NCBI GenBank assembly: GCA_965644495.1
Contig: CBFFSA010000055.1
Span: 1-52,280 of the forward strand
Origin: Perkinsela sp. CCAP 1560/9
Lineage: Eukaryota > Protista > Euglenozoa: Kinetoplastea
DNA length: 52,280 nucleotides
Direction: 5' to 3'
Shown here: positions 11,742 through 23,718 of the stretch, piece by piece
Layout of the letters: every line of letters begins with the position of its first letter
How positions within the stretch are numbered: position 1 is the stretch's first letter
The notes under the pieces: generated by a model
The model's database searches: none
What the model saw: the letters and a program-made list of their open reading frames with translations, nothing else
Told to the model about the DNA's origin: nothing
Position numbers and translations under genes: made by a program

Positions 11742-12666
11742 TTGCCCCACTGGCCAGAATACCTGTCCAGTAAGGTCAACGACCCATTATCTCAGCGCAC
11801 GAAACGCGCCAATGCTTGCCTGGCACCGTGACTGCATGCAGAAAAAAAACTAACTTTTTACACTACCTTTGACGTAGTGAAGCTTTTTGTGACTCGGCTG
11901 TGTGTCATGAACCGACGCTTTTGGGGCTCAGCGTCTCAGTGACGATTTCCACTACTTGTTGCGCAGTGAGGTCTTTCGGACTTCGTTGTTTCCCGGATTT
12001 TATGATCCGAGACCTTTATGGCTCAGCGTCTGAGTGACGCGTTTTCACTACGTGTTGCGTAGTGGGAGGTTTTACACTCTGTTGTTCTTCTGGATTTTAT
12101 GATTCGAAGCCTTTGCGGCTCAGCGTCTGAGTGACGCTTTCCACTACGTGGTGTGTAGTGAGGTCCTTTGGACTCTTTTGCTTTACGGATATTTTGGTCC
12201 GTGGAATTTATGATATTTGTTCGGCTGCCATTGACTTTAGATTACCCACAGCACACAGAAAAAAAAACATAGCATTAGTATGTTTTTTGAATTAATAAGA
12301 ACTTTTGAATAAGTTGCATAAGAATAATAGACTGTTTTGTCGGATGTAATACATGCATATATCGCCAAAAATAAGGTACGCATAACATAATATACCTTTT
12401 AAAGAGAAGATCATTTTCATCTGTATTTAATTTTCGCGACTACAAACCAGCCTTCTCGACGCACTTCGGTGCTGCCGGGAAGATCACTCGCTTGTAGGTG
12501 CGGCCCCATGGCTAATTTACTATTGCCAAATGGGATGAACCTGGTGTCAGTGACTTCATTTTTTTTCTGCATGCAGTCACGGTGCCAGGCAAGCATTGGC
12601 GCGTTTCGTGCGCTGAGATAATGGGTCGCTGACCTTACTGGACAGGTATCCTGGCCAGTGGGGCAA
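11742..12666. mobile_element. Element with 108-bp terminal inverted repeats enclosing a structured tandem array
   Basis: 11742-11849 versus the reverse complement of 12559-12666 shows 2 mismatches; no ORF; no obvious TSD. Confidence 0.7.
11925..12205 (+). ncRNA. Putative structured RNA tandem array (3 x ~96 nt, four hairpins each)
   Basis: Units start at 11925, 12020 and 12117. Stem pairing is largely retained despite substitutions, with G-U pairs valid on the + strand. Confidence 0.45.
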
Positions 12667-12879
12667 AGAGAGCAGCGTCACACGGGATACTCTCGAAGGC
12701 GAATTCCATTGCTTGATTGGCGATTCAGGACGGCAAGTCCAAGAAGTTTACCGGAAGGCTAGTAGAATTTCTAAAAGTACAAGTACATCCGTTTGTTTCG
12801 TCAGGCCATCAATCGTATTCATTTTTCAGACTCTTCACGTGATGACTTGAAAGCTGCAGATTGCTCCGTGGTGGGAGGA

Positions 12880-13747
12880 TAGAAATCATGTATTAAAAAC
12901 ACTGACTTCAAAAGAAAGGAAAAGTTATTGAAGTACTAAAAATCATAAGAAACTTGGACCTAGTGGGAAGCACGTGGTTGTGCACAAAGCACTGCAGAAG
13001 AAGGTACAGCTCTATGGGGCCCTTGTTGCCGGGTAGAAGCCAACGAAGCGCGAAGCAGACCCTGATTTACATTGTGTTGTACGCCCGGGGTGGCCGCTAC
13101 GCATCATCAGTAGAGGAGACAGAGCTGAGCGAGCGAACCGTTATTAAATTGCGCTAATGGTTGGACTCCATTATGGCTACAGCTCATGTGCGTCGACGAA
13201 TTAGACTGCGCGCGCGAGTAAACTCTACGCAATGCGACGAGACTTTTTTTTCTGTCCGAAAGAGGGGCGGATGTCATACCGCAAGGCGGGTTCGCCAAGC
13301 CGAGAGCCAAACAGTGCAGACAATAGCGGTTACGACTAGAGATAATAAATTGACTGAGATCCTCATGGAACCTGCGGAGAATCGTACGGCCGATACCCTC
13401 ATCCCGAATATCACGGAATTGGCTTCAGGAAGTCGTACCAAAATATGGACAGATGGAGCTCGACATAACTTTTCCTTTCGAGGTAAATACAAGTGGGAGA
13501 ACGTGAACACAAACGACAGTGGGTTACAGCTCAAGGAGTTCGCACGAACACTGTAGAATGCGCTAATTCCATGGTTAACAAGCGTTTAAAGCGTGAAGGC
13601 AACGTTCTAGGTCACAAATCTGGAAACAGGGGGGACAGAATCCAAGCATTCACAGAGATTTGTACAAGAAGCTTGAAGCGAAATGGGGGCGATATATTGC
13701 TCCAATTATTGCAAAATATGGAGTATTGTATTTGCGTCCATTTGTAA
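12880..13747 (+). pseudogene. Merlin (IS1016/IS1595-like) transposase pseudogene
   Basis: QCDETFF, NRTADTLIPNI, IWTDG and TNTVE motifs spread across frameshifted ORFs. Confidence 0.8.
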
Positions 13748-14114
13748 GAAGTTGTAAGCAAGTTGAAAGGCTCAAAGTTGATGAAGTATGAAAAAATTTT
13801 AGAAAAAAAGAAAAAGTGCGGAATTTGGTTCAGTTTAACCAAGAAATCTTAGGTCGTGTGATAATATATAAGAAAAGAAAGGCACCACAAAGCCCCCTTT
13901 ACCCACGCCGCCCACCGTCCTGCTCCCCTGAGGCCGCTCTCAGCATCTGAGCGTTGCCGCGTTGGATGGCGACGCCAGTGGCCGTAATCTCAAGCGGGTA
14001 GAGGACCATCCCTCTCTCGTTTGCCATCTCCCCGTATCAGAAATGAATCGAACTCTATTTCTTAATATATTTTTTCAAAATCAAAGAATTTTTTCCTTTA
14101 CTCTATTTATACCT

Positions 14115-14590
14115 ATGGATTATTTTGTGAACGTGGATGGATGTCTTTCGAAGAAGTTTCTTATAGAAAAGCGCAAACGGTTGATTTCTACGTTGAAAGC
14201 AGATGGTGAGAAAATACAAACTTTATTTAGCAATTTATGGGAAGATTATCTCCGTTCAACACGGACTGTCATGTTTAATGCAGGAGAAAGTATGATAGAG
14301 GGGATACAATGATACATGGCCAATGCTTTATCGAACAAAGAGAAGCGTTTTGCTCATTGCAGTACAGCGTATATGCCACTGCATTGTTTGCTAAGGGGGC
14401 TGAAGGAGTTCCTGTCTTCTGGGATAAGCACAACAGTCGACTTATGTGGTTTTGCGATGCCAATGGGGCCATTCAATGGCATAAACCCACAAAACAATTT
14501 CAAATTTTGAGTCCTGATAGCGCAGAGTTAGGTAACGAAGAAGAATCGGACTCCAGCGAAGAGGGGTCGACCCTGTCGTTAAAAAAACAG
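14115..14590 (+). pseudogene. Disrupted ORF of an unknown repeated family (MDYFVNVDG...)
   Basis: N-terminus and upstream DNA are homologous to 26635 (MNYFMGVDG.....FLSEKRKWLIS); frameshift near 14310. Confidence 0.4.
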
Positions 14591-14676
14591 TTATCAGTTT
14601 CAATTAAACCGGTTTCAATCAAAACAGTTTCAATTAACCGGTACCTTCGCAAAATAATTTGTATAAATTATAAATA

Positions 14677-14995
14677 CTGTGACCCCCCCCTTTATACTTC
14701 GCCCATTTTGAGCAGTAACGAAGTATAAAGGGGGGTCTGAAATTTTGTCCCCGCTGCAAAAAAAATAGCGCGCCGCTTCGCGGCGCAGCTCATCCAGTTT
14801 TCCTGTCTTTCCTTTTATATCACCTTCCATTTCTAGAAGGGAAGGCTTAGAATGTTCTTGTTTTTTTTTAAACTTTTAAAAAAACTACAAAAAATTAAAA
14901 AAAAATCGTCCCCCCTTCGGGGGGGCGCACAAAAAACGAAGTACAAAGTATAAAGGGGGGGTCTGACCAGCGAAGTATAAAGGGGGGGGTCACAG
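14677..14995. mobile_element. pogo-type MITE with TA TSD
   Basis: TA CTGTGACCCCCCCCTTTATACTTCG ... CGAAGTATAAAGGGGGGGGTCACAG TA; internal GCGCCGCTTCGCGGCGC hairpin. Confidence 0.85.
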
Positions 14996-15049
14996 TATAA
15001 ATATAAATGCAAAAGTTTTATAATTTATATTTATAAAAATTAATTAGCG

Positions 15050-15866
15050 GGGGTGTAATTGGGCGAAGGGGGACAGACGGAGTGCAACTTTAGTTGCGTC
15101 AATTTCATTGGACGGTAATCTTCTTGTTCCATTTATTATATGGAATAGAAAAGAGTCACACCACGGGGCCAAGGTGCAAACTTGTACTCAAGGGGTTCAG
15201 TACCAGACAGAAAACCACTACGTTTCAACCAATGCTCTTTTGGAATATATTGATCGTGTTGTTCAGCCTTACTACATTAAAGTCACTGAAGAGCTGAAAA
15301 TTAGCGGGAAACCCTTAATTCTTCTCTTAGATTGCTGCAGTGTACATGTTTCTCGCACGACCAACGAACAGATAATTTCTCAGTGTTGCTCAGGGGGGAA
15401 GTATTTTTGGTTGCGATTGGTTTATGTTCCAGCGGGGTGCACTTCGCTTTATCAACCTTGTGATGTTGGGTTTTTTAATCGACTGAAACCAAAGATCGTG
15501 AAGCATCGCACGATGTTAATACTGCAGTATTCCAGACAGCAACGCCAAAAAAGAGAACGCATAGGCACTTCTAAGGCCTTGGGCGCTAAAATTGCGAAAG
15601 GGCAACTATTAGAATGTGTCGAGAAGGCATACAAGGATATGGATGATCCGCTTTCCAAAAACGCAACCACATCTGCACGGGCTAAATGCGGAATCACGAC
15701 CGAAACTCTTAAAGATTTAACAAATTCTTTCGAAGCCCAGACTCGTCGACGTGATATATTTTCCTATGTGGTGGAAGATGCAGATCAGTCAGAGCATGAG
15801 GATGCTCTGACTATGCCTGAAGAACTTGACTCACAGCTTCAGATAGGTATTGGTATTCGTTTATAG
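15050..15866 (+). pseudogene. pogo-like DDE_1 transposase, 5'-truncated
   Basis: LLLDCCSVH and VPAGCTSLYQPCD motifs. Confidence 0.82.
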
Positions 15867-17583
15867 TACATTACCTCTATGTGATTTCTTTTGGTCTAAA
15901 AAAAACTGTTAGAAAAAAAACGTTTGCAAACTTTTTTGCATACATACTGTACGTACTATGACCTCGGAGAGTCAATTAAATCAAGTAAACAGCATTGCGG
16001 ACAAGGAAATGGATGCGAAACGCAAACGATACGACTGGGGTTAGCTCAACATGTTAGCTGTCACGCGTTAGCTGAACGTGTTAGCTAAGAGTTGTTAGCT
16101 CAACTCTACGCGTAAGGAGCCTGATAAACGCTCAATCACCATTGAATCACCATTGAACCACCTTCCTTCGTCGGTGACCAAAGAAGACATAACAAAATAT
16201 TACTCTCTGTATGGGACTATTGATTTTTTAACAATCGCATCGAAGAAAAGCGCGCATCCAGCGTTTACTGTAAGGAAATAAAGAACAGAAACTAGAATTT
16301 CGCATGAAGTGTGTGAGAATACGTTTTGAAGTGCAAGTTAGCTTTGAATTTTTCCCAGTATAGTTTACAGATAATACCTGAGCCCACGGCCACAAAGGTT
16401 GTCTTCCGATCTCTTAGGAACAGAGAAATAGGTCCTCACCTATTTGGAGAACCATATTTATAGCGCTCTGCCGATTAAAATCACCAATGTCCCGCCAGAT
16501 ATGGTGCTTCACTTATTGTCTCTTATACCGGAGGGAACATGCACCCTTAAAACGCATAAACCTCGGACCCTTGTATACATGCAAAAGGTATTATAATGTA
16601 ATGCATATTTTAGCCTGATGACGCATCATGTAAAATATTTACGTGGATAATAAAATACTTCTGCCCTTCTTTCACCATGTTTCAAACACCTAGAATTTCT
16701 AGGTAGGTTAATACGTTTCTTAGAAGAAAAAGAAACGTATGACTTCGGAAGACCGCAAACTGATCGGAGTTCTCCACAATCAATAAAATTTTCCCAAGCA
16801 TTGTTGTGTTGCTGTTGTCTTGTTGCAGTTATCCAAGCCAACATGGAATTGCCTCAAAGTTGAAAGCAAATGCCTAAAACAATCGTGCATTGCGGGCCAG
16901 GAGGGTCGCTCCCAAACCATTGTTTCAGACAGAGGTCGTTTTCAAATCGATTCCCACTCTCTATATTTTAAACTATTCAATGTAGCTCTATAATGTTTTT
17001 CTTTTGTTCATAGCAACGTATTGGGCTATTTGGAATGTGTTTTTCACCGTTTCAGCATTCGTACGGTAGCGCTGCTACCATGGTAGCAATAATGTGTCCC
17101 TCCGCCGGTTTACTCCACATTGCTCAATACATATTTTTACTTGCACTTATTACTAAGGAAAATAACATAGCAACGCTACACGTTTGCGAACGTTACATGT
17201 CTATGTATATCGGTATCCTCAATCAGGAGTCCCAAACGCAGTTTTTGAGAAAGAACATGGCTTTCCACCACTCCGCATAGCTTGAAATTCTTGGACAAAT
17301 TAAGGTCTTCTAGTGTATTTGGGAGGCTTCTTAGAGTTAGAGTAGTTTGAAAAATTTACTACAATGTATCAATATTTCAAATTCGTCAAATAATTCAAAT
17401 AACATAGTAAAGAATCGTAATTATAATGTTGAACAAAACTTTTAAATCGAGGTGGTGCGTCAGGGAAAAGAGAAGGTGGTTTTAACGCAGAGCGCCAGGG
17501 TGTTATGGCGTTAGTTCATAGGGATTTGCTGGCGTTGCAGAACGGTATGTTTCATATTTCGTAAAATTGTGTCTTTGATATAA

Positions 17584-19915
17584 CATACCCTGGACGGTAA
17601 TAGGTGGTAATTACCACATGCGTGGTAATAGGTGGTAATTACCACTTTTCTATTACCCAATTACCATGACAGAACGTGGGCTGAAATTTACATTCAGGAA
17701 AAAACCATATGTTTACAGAAACGGTATCTTTAGCTTTAGAGATCGCTTGCCTCTTTTCTCCATAATGCCCCCTTATGCTGTACTTTGACAAGTCTTGTAA
17801 CAAGCAACACCTACAGGTATTGTATGGAATGCGATGCAGTGACAAATAGCAAGTACTAATTTAAAAATTTACATGTATGAGTTTACAAAAGAAAAACAAT
17901 AAGAAAATTATAGACTGACGGAAAAAAAACTAGGTAAACCTACATGTATTTATTATTTATGTATTTATTATGTATGTATGTATTATTATGTATGTATTTA
18001 TTATGTGGTTATTGAATGTATTGAATACAACTTTGCTAAATATAATGTGTACGCTTCGACAAATTATTATCACGATCATAACATGACACGCCATCATGCT
18101 CGTCTGAAAAATCGAATTTCAAATATAAATAAACTATGAATCGAACAAACAAAAAAGGGATAACTATCAGGGATATTTTAATTCATATGCTCAGCTCTGA
18201 TTCGCTCGTATCTGTATCACTAGGCGAACCATCTAAATCTGGTACTGTTTCGACCCTGCTGGGACCAACATAATCCAATTTATTTAAATTACCGCGAATA
18301 AACATCTGCGTGGCGATTACATCGCTGTCCAGAGAAGCCTGACGTGGGTTGTATTTCCATCCCATTATGGAAAGAAGAGAATCGCACGCGGTGACTATGG
18401 GTGGGACCCACAAATAGTGCTGAGCGGCACAAAAAATTGAAGGAAACTGGACGGTGCCAACGTCTTCCCACCACTTCTACACCGAGGTATGCAACAAAGG
18501 TTTCCAGTGAAAAATTTTGCAACATACATGTGTATATACGAACTCCACTCTTCCTCTGTAATGTGAAAAAGAGGTTGACCGCTTTGAAAAAGGTCGTTAG
18601 CAACTTCGACAGTGATAATTGGCCGTTCTTCCACGCGGATACGTCGACTTGACAATATATGTTTCGGAGAAAAACTCATTACACCTTTCCAATAATACAT
18701 GTAGGCTTTGTTTTCAAGTCGTTGTTTGTGCTTCTTCAGTGATTCCAATAGCGTTGTATTGCCATCCGTATTCTCTCCTTCTGCTATTAATCCCTGTATT
18801 ATGGGGTAGGGAATTAAGGCCATTGGTTCATCTGGCATGTCAGACAATTGTTTTAGTGAATTATGAACAATATTCAAAATGTGTTAATATTTCATGCGCT
18901 TGGTTCATGAGCTCTTGAGTATCATGATCCCTTATAATTTCGGCACATTTCTTGACTGATTCAGATGCACATCCCGAGTTGACTTCATCGGCAACAAAAC
19001 GTACGATCGTTGGTAAATTTTCTTCGATGTACTTCAAACTTTCAAAATGTCCAATGCACCATCTTGTAGCCCCTCCCAATTTAGGGGCTGGAATTTTGTT
19101 CATACGTTTGGCGTGCTCAAGTGCTTCCAGAACTAGCGGACCCTTTTCGACTAATTCAAGATGCTTTTCGTGGAGAGAGTCAGTTCCACGCAACGTCAAA
19201 AGCAGCGATCCCACGGGCTGCAAAGAAAGCGAAGAAAGTTTCTCTAGGGAACGGCAACAAAAAGGATGCAGATCCCTGACGATGATCCATTTCCTTAAAG
19301 CACAATTTCGAAGAAGTACTGTTAGTATTCTTGAAATCACACAAGACATAATAAAAATAACAGGATAAATCTCCGAATTTAAGCGGGTCCTCAACGTTCC
19401 CAGACTGAACTTTCTTCGTATTGTTTGAAATATCAGTGACCTGTCTCAGTGTGGTCAAGCTTAATTGGCTTGGTCCATCAGCCACCCGCCGATTAACAGC
19501 ATCGCGCTGTTCGTTGCTAATACGACGCGCTGCTCGCTTCCGAGACCTTGGAGTATTATCTGCCTCTTCTATGGTCATATCAGGATAGTAACTTGATTAA
19601 TGAACAGTCTAAAGTAACTAACAGTTATGACTTTGATTAAAAGTATACGAGCGTGGGAAAAAGTATGGGGAATAGTAAGAAGTTGGATAAAAGGTACGAA
19701 CGCCCTTACGTAGGTCCCAGAGGCACAATAACATCGTATTTTGCGCCACAAGAAAGCAGAAACTCTGTATTAGTAGCGAAAAAAGCCCCCTGTATCACTT
19801 AGAACACAATTAGATAGGATAACGTAGGACTTTTTAGAAGTCACTCTGTAGACTAAAATATGTGGTAATAGGAGGTAATAGGAGGTAATTACCTCCTATT
19901 ACCGTCCAGGGTATG
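17584..19915 (-). mobile_element. hAT-like element with 32-bp TIRs and 6-bp TSD (ATATAA)
   Basis: CATACCCTGGACGGTAATAGG(T/A)GGTAATTACC at both ends, ATATAA on both flanks, and GGTAATAGG subterminal repeats. Confidence 0.85.
18183..19578 (-). pseudogene. Frameshifted hAT-like transposase
   Basis: GGATRW motif and a C-terminal segment resembling the hAT dimerisation domain (..RFS.. / RQASLDSDVIATQMFIRGN), split over several frames. Confidence 0.6.
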
Positions 19916-20312
19916 ATATAATGAACACACACTGTTTTTCTTGAAAAGAAGTGACGGAACGGAGACGTGAACGTGTCTTCCAACACTTCGGATATGTGCT
20001 CCAATGGGCTTGGCAGAGTGAATTTGGCGGGACGCATTACGTTGCGCCAACAGACACTTCTCTGCATATACTTCTGCCTATACTTCTGCGCGTACTTCTC
20101 TGCGCATACATGGATGGTTCCGTCAGCTCTTTGCACAACATAGCATTCGCAAATACTCTTATGTCTTCTTTGGAGATGAAACTGCAGTACTTGTGGATGG
20201 CGAAATACGTGTTAGTACGCTTGCGCAATTTGGAACGAAAACTACGAAAATTGCTGAAAACAACGGGCAAGAAACCGTAACTATTCTCTTGGCAGGATTA
20301 CTTATAGGATTA

Positions 20313-22301
20313 CACCCCCGCCAAAAAGTATTGTCCACAAAAATGGCCGACACAAAAAGTATTGTATTTATTAGTATCGACCATTTTTTTGAGTTTTGAC
20401 CAGAATTTTAGTTTTTTTCTCGAATTTTCCAGAAATTTACATAATGAGTTCTGATATACGCGGCCACTTGATCGTGGAGAGCGTCGTTTCAGAGCTTATC
20501 CAAGACGCAACTTCATCTCGAGGGCAGCTGAGTGATGATCACCGCGAATGGTTGTTCGCGCAGACCCGTGGAAACTTCAACCGCGACAACGTGAAGGTTA
20601 CGTTCGAGAAAAAATTCAAGCGCAACGTTTCTGCCTCAACAATAAGTTTCTACAAAGGCTTGGACTCATTAAATAAAGTTGGAAATCGAGGTCGTGTCCC
20701 TATGCTTTCTCCATCTGAAAATGAACTTTTACTCAGTGCTTTTCTAAAGCTTCGAGAAACTGGAACTGCCGTACGTGCATCTTTAGTGGCGGGCGCCGCG
20801 CGTGGCATCAAAGAAAAGAGCACCCCAGGCTCTACTACAATCGACGGTGGAAGGCTGAAATTTTCTGTCTCGTGGGCTAAGGAATGGATGCAGCAGAATG
20901 GAATACGTATTCTTCATGCTACTACTGATCGAACGGTCACCCCAAAGCAGGTAGTGGACTCATCGGTTGGTTTTTTTTCTGACCTAGAAAAGTACAAAGG
21001 GCAAGTTTCTAAACCGTTTACATACAATGCTGATGAATTTTTTGTCTGTCTCTCTCTTTCGGACAACGGTAGTTCTCAGAAATGGACTTGGGAAAGAATT
21101 CAAAAAGGAGAAAACCGAACTGTTGCGGTACGTTCTGATCGTGAGGGGTTCACTTGCACTGTTCTAACTAATGCTTCCGGTGATGTAAAGCTCATGCAAT
21201 TCATCCACAAGGGCACTCAAAAGAAATTTGTTAACGTAGGAGACGACCCTCGAGTGCTCCAATGTTCTCGTAAGGAGACGCACTTTCAAAGCCAGGAAAC
21301 GTGGAAAGAATTTATGGACAAATTCATAGGTATTTTGCAGGATGACCGAGAGTCGTCTAATCAATACAATGCCAAGGCTCTTTTAATCATTGATGAAGCT
21401 TCCCAGCACTCAAAAACAACGGAATGGCTCACTGAAAAAAATTGTGGTGTTCTCTTTATCCCTCCAAAAATGACGCACGTTTACCAACCTGCAGACCAAT
21501 TTGTCATTTCCGGACTAAAGCAAAGAGCAAAGGCTCTGTACAATGACTATGTGTCTCGTCTGTTCGCCCGTAATTCTATTGATACTGCTGTCAAAAAGGC
21601 GACCGCCGTGTCGAAGCGTGTTTGTCGTGAAAACAAGGTACTTTTTATTATCCAGGCAATGAATGAACTCCGTGCGCGTCAAGTAACTGCATCTTGGGAT
21701 GTGACGGAAATTCCTCGTGTCCTCTTTGGAGAAATTTGTACTCGCACGACGCGATTGGGTTCCTTCAAATCTCTGCTAGAGTCCTCTGATGCAAGCGAAA
21801 TTGTTGTTACCGTATCTGAAAGCGAAGAAGAAAACAATTCCCCAAACCTCAATGAAGGAACCTCAGTCGAAAAGAAACGCGGAAGGCCGCGGAAGCTTTC
21901 TGCGCAGGAAATTGAGGCACGCAGGGAAGCCATCGAAAAATCAGAAGCCCGCCGTAAAGAGACACTTGGAATGTCGCGGAAGGCTAAGGCAAGATTTGAA
22001 CAGGCTCGGAATATGGTTCCTCTCTCTCACTACTTTAGCGTTGAGCAGTCAAAATCATTAAATTACTAATTCCATGGTGCTATTTTCATTGTGCTAATTT
22101 GTGCTATTTCTATGGTGCTAATTTCCATTCGACCTGTTTTTGTGCTTCACTATACGTTTACAAGGATCCCATATGATAAAGTCCAACTTTTTGGAAGCCA
22201 GTAGCAACTCGTGGAAATCGACAAAAAGTATTGTATTTATTAGTATCGACCAAATATTCGTGGTCGATACTAATAAATTACAATACTTTTTGGCGGGGGT
22301 G
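20313..22301 (+). mobile_element. Intact pogo-family element with TA TSD
   Basis: Perfect TIR CACCCCCGCCAAAAAGTATTGT flanked by TA on both sides; internal AAAAAGTATTGTATTTATTAGTATCGACC repeats. Confidence 0.92.
20444..22069 (+). CDS. pogo/DDE_1 transposase (DD33D) with CENP-B-like HTH and C-terminal AT-hook/NLS
   Basis: GRVPMLS..FSVSW, YNADE, LIIDEASQH-33aa-QPAD and KKRGRPRK; uninterrupted ORF; first ATG at 20444. Confidence 0.9.
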   Translation: MSSDIRGHLIVESVVSELIQDATSSRGQLSDDHREWLFAQTRGNFNRDNVKVTFEKKFKRNVSASTISFYKGLDSLNKVGNRGRVPMLSPSENELLLSAFLKLRETGTAVRASLVAGAARGIKEKSTPGSTTIDGGRLKFSVSWAKEWMQQNGIRILHATTDRTVTPKQVVDSSVGFFSDLEKYKGQVSKPFTYNADEFFVCLSLSDNGSSQKWTWERIQKGENRTVAVRSDREGFTCTVLTNASGDVKLMQFIHKGTQKKFVNVGDDPRVLQCSRKETHFQSQETWKEFMDKFIGILQDDRESSNQYNAKALLIIDEASQHSKTTEWLTEKNCGVLFIPPKMTHVYQPADQFVISGLKQRAKALYNDYVSRLFARNSIDTAVKKATAVSKRVCRENKVLFIIQAMNELRARQVTASWDVTEIPRVLFGEICTRTTRLGSFKSLLESSDASEIVVTVSESEEENNSPNLNEGTSVEKKRGRPRKLSAQEIEARREAIEKSEARRKETLGMSRKAKARFEQARNMVPLSHYFSVEQSKSLNY

Positions 22302-23718
22302 TATTTATGTTTATTCCAAATACGTGCCACTACCACCCGCGATTGTCTTCGAATGTCAAGTTGTGCTCCAATTGTCAAGTCAATTGTGTCCAATCGTCAA
22401 GTTGTGCTTCCACTGGATTATCGAATGCAGTTATAGTCTTTGTATCGTCGTTATTAGGATGGGTCAAAAAGGACATTTTTTCTGAAACACATTCTGTCAA
22501 ATTCTACAACGGTAGATGGGAATTTTTAAGGACTCCTGATTACCTACCGCTATCGTAGTCGATGATTTTACAGCTCATCAGTGATTTACCGACGAATTGA
22601 GATATGCACGGCGTTCCAGGTGGGTGCACTTATTTGATTCAACTGCATGATCTGTGCATTAGTCTACACTTCAAAGATGTTAAAAGCATCTTCTCAGTGC
22701 GTGGTGCTCTAATGCTCAGATACACCACCCCCTCCCCTTATTTACTATTTAGTACTTTGCCCCCCCTATTTAGAGTTTAATTTCAAATCTTCGTAAAGAT
22801 TGGCGCCGCGAAGCGGTGCCTATTTTTCTTTTACTGTAATATTGAGTACCGGGGGATAACGATTGTGGGTTTCACGTCGTAAACAAGTTGTATTGTCAAC
22901 TGTTTTGCGGTAAGCGGAAGCATCAGTACTCGTAAACAACTTCTTGAGGGCTGGGAACCTTGTCTACGAGCAGAAAGAATCTCCAATGAAAAGATGTAAG
23001 AGCTACTAGACATGTTGGTAACCATAAATACAATTTTATTGATTCGTACTTGTTTTCGTGTACTTGGGCTCTTGTGCGTGCATTCAGTTGACTTTATTTT
23101 TCCCTTGTAAATATTATTCCTCTTCAATCATTTTTCCCCTTCTTTTTTTCAATTTTTACCAGTTTTTCACGTATTTTTCATTCATATTCCGCTCCCCTAC
23201 TTTAAGTCCCATACTTTAAGTTTTAATTAGTGTTTAATTTTGCTCAATTCTACTAAACACCTGTAGTTATTTATACTTGTAGTTATTTTGCCCCATTTCA
23301 AATGGTATGACCGCAACCCCATATTGTCTCTTAAATGCCCATCCCGTAATAACACCAGGGACTCTAACAGCGTCAGATACCCACTTTTTTTTGCTTATGA
23401 TGCCCCTAGTTGTCTGTCACCTTTTTTCTTCACCTTTTGCCAAAAAGGTCTTGAAACGATGCTTGTACTTTTTCAGTTTGAAAGTGAGCGGTCCTCGGCA
23501 GAATGGAATCTTCACAGGCGATAATGATGTCGTTTTTGTAACTTTTGCTTTTTCTAGTTTTTGGTAACAGAACCCCCTAGGTGAGGGTGTCCTCTTCGTA
23601 CCCACACATTCTCCTACCCGTACATTCTCCTTTCATCTTGCCACTAGGGGTGACAGATTATCAGAAGATAGGAGGTAGTCTAGTTTTTATATTGGTGTCG
23701 GTCTTTAAAAAGACTACA

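Larger units (their letters stand above)
19935..22690 (+). pseudogene. Degenerate pogo transposase split by insertion of the 20313 element
   Basis: Left part YSYVFFGDETAVLVDGE...KIAENN is homologous to YAYVLFGDETSLIVDNE..KIAETN in the 50356 ORF. Right part has VVDDFTAH and VPGGCTYLIQLHD. Confidence 0.65.

Noticed and set aside
11925-12205. tRNA gene cluster
   Set aside because: No GTTCRA T-loop, D-loop GG or 7-bp acceptor stem.
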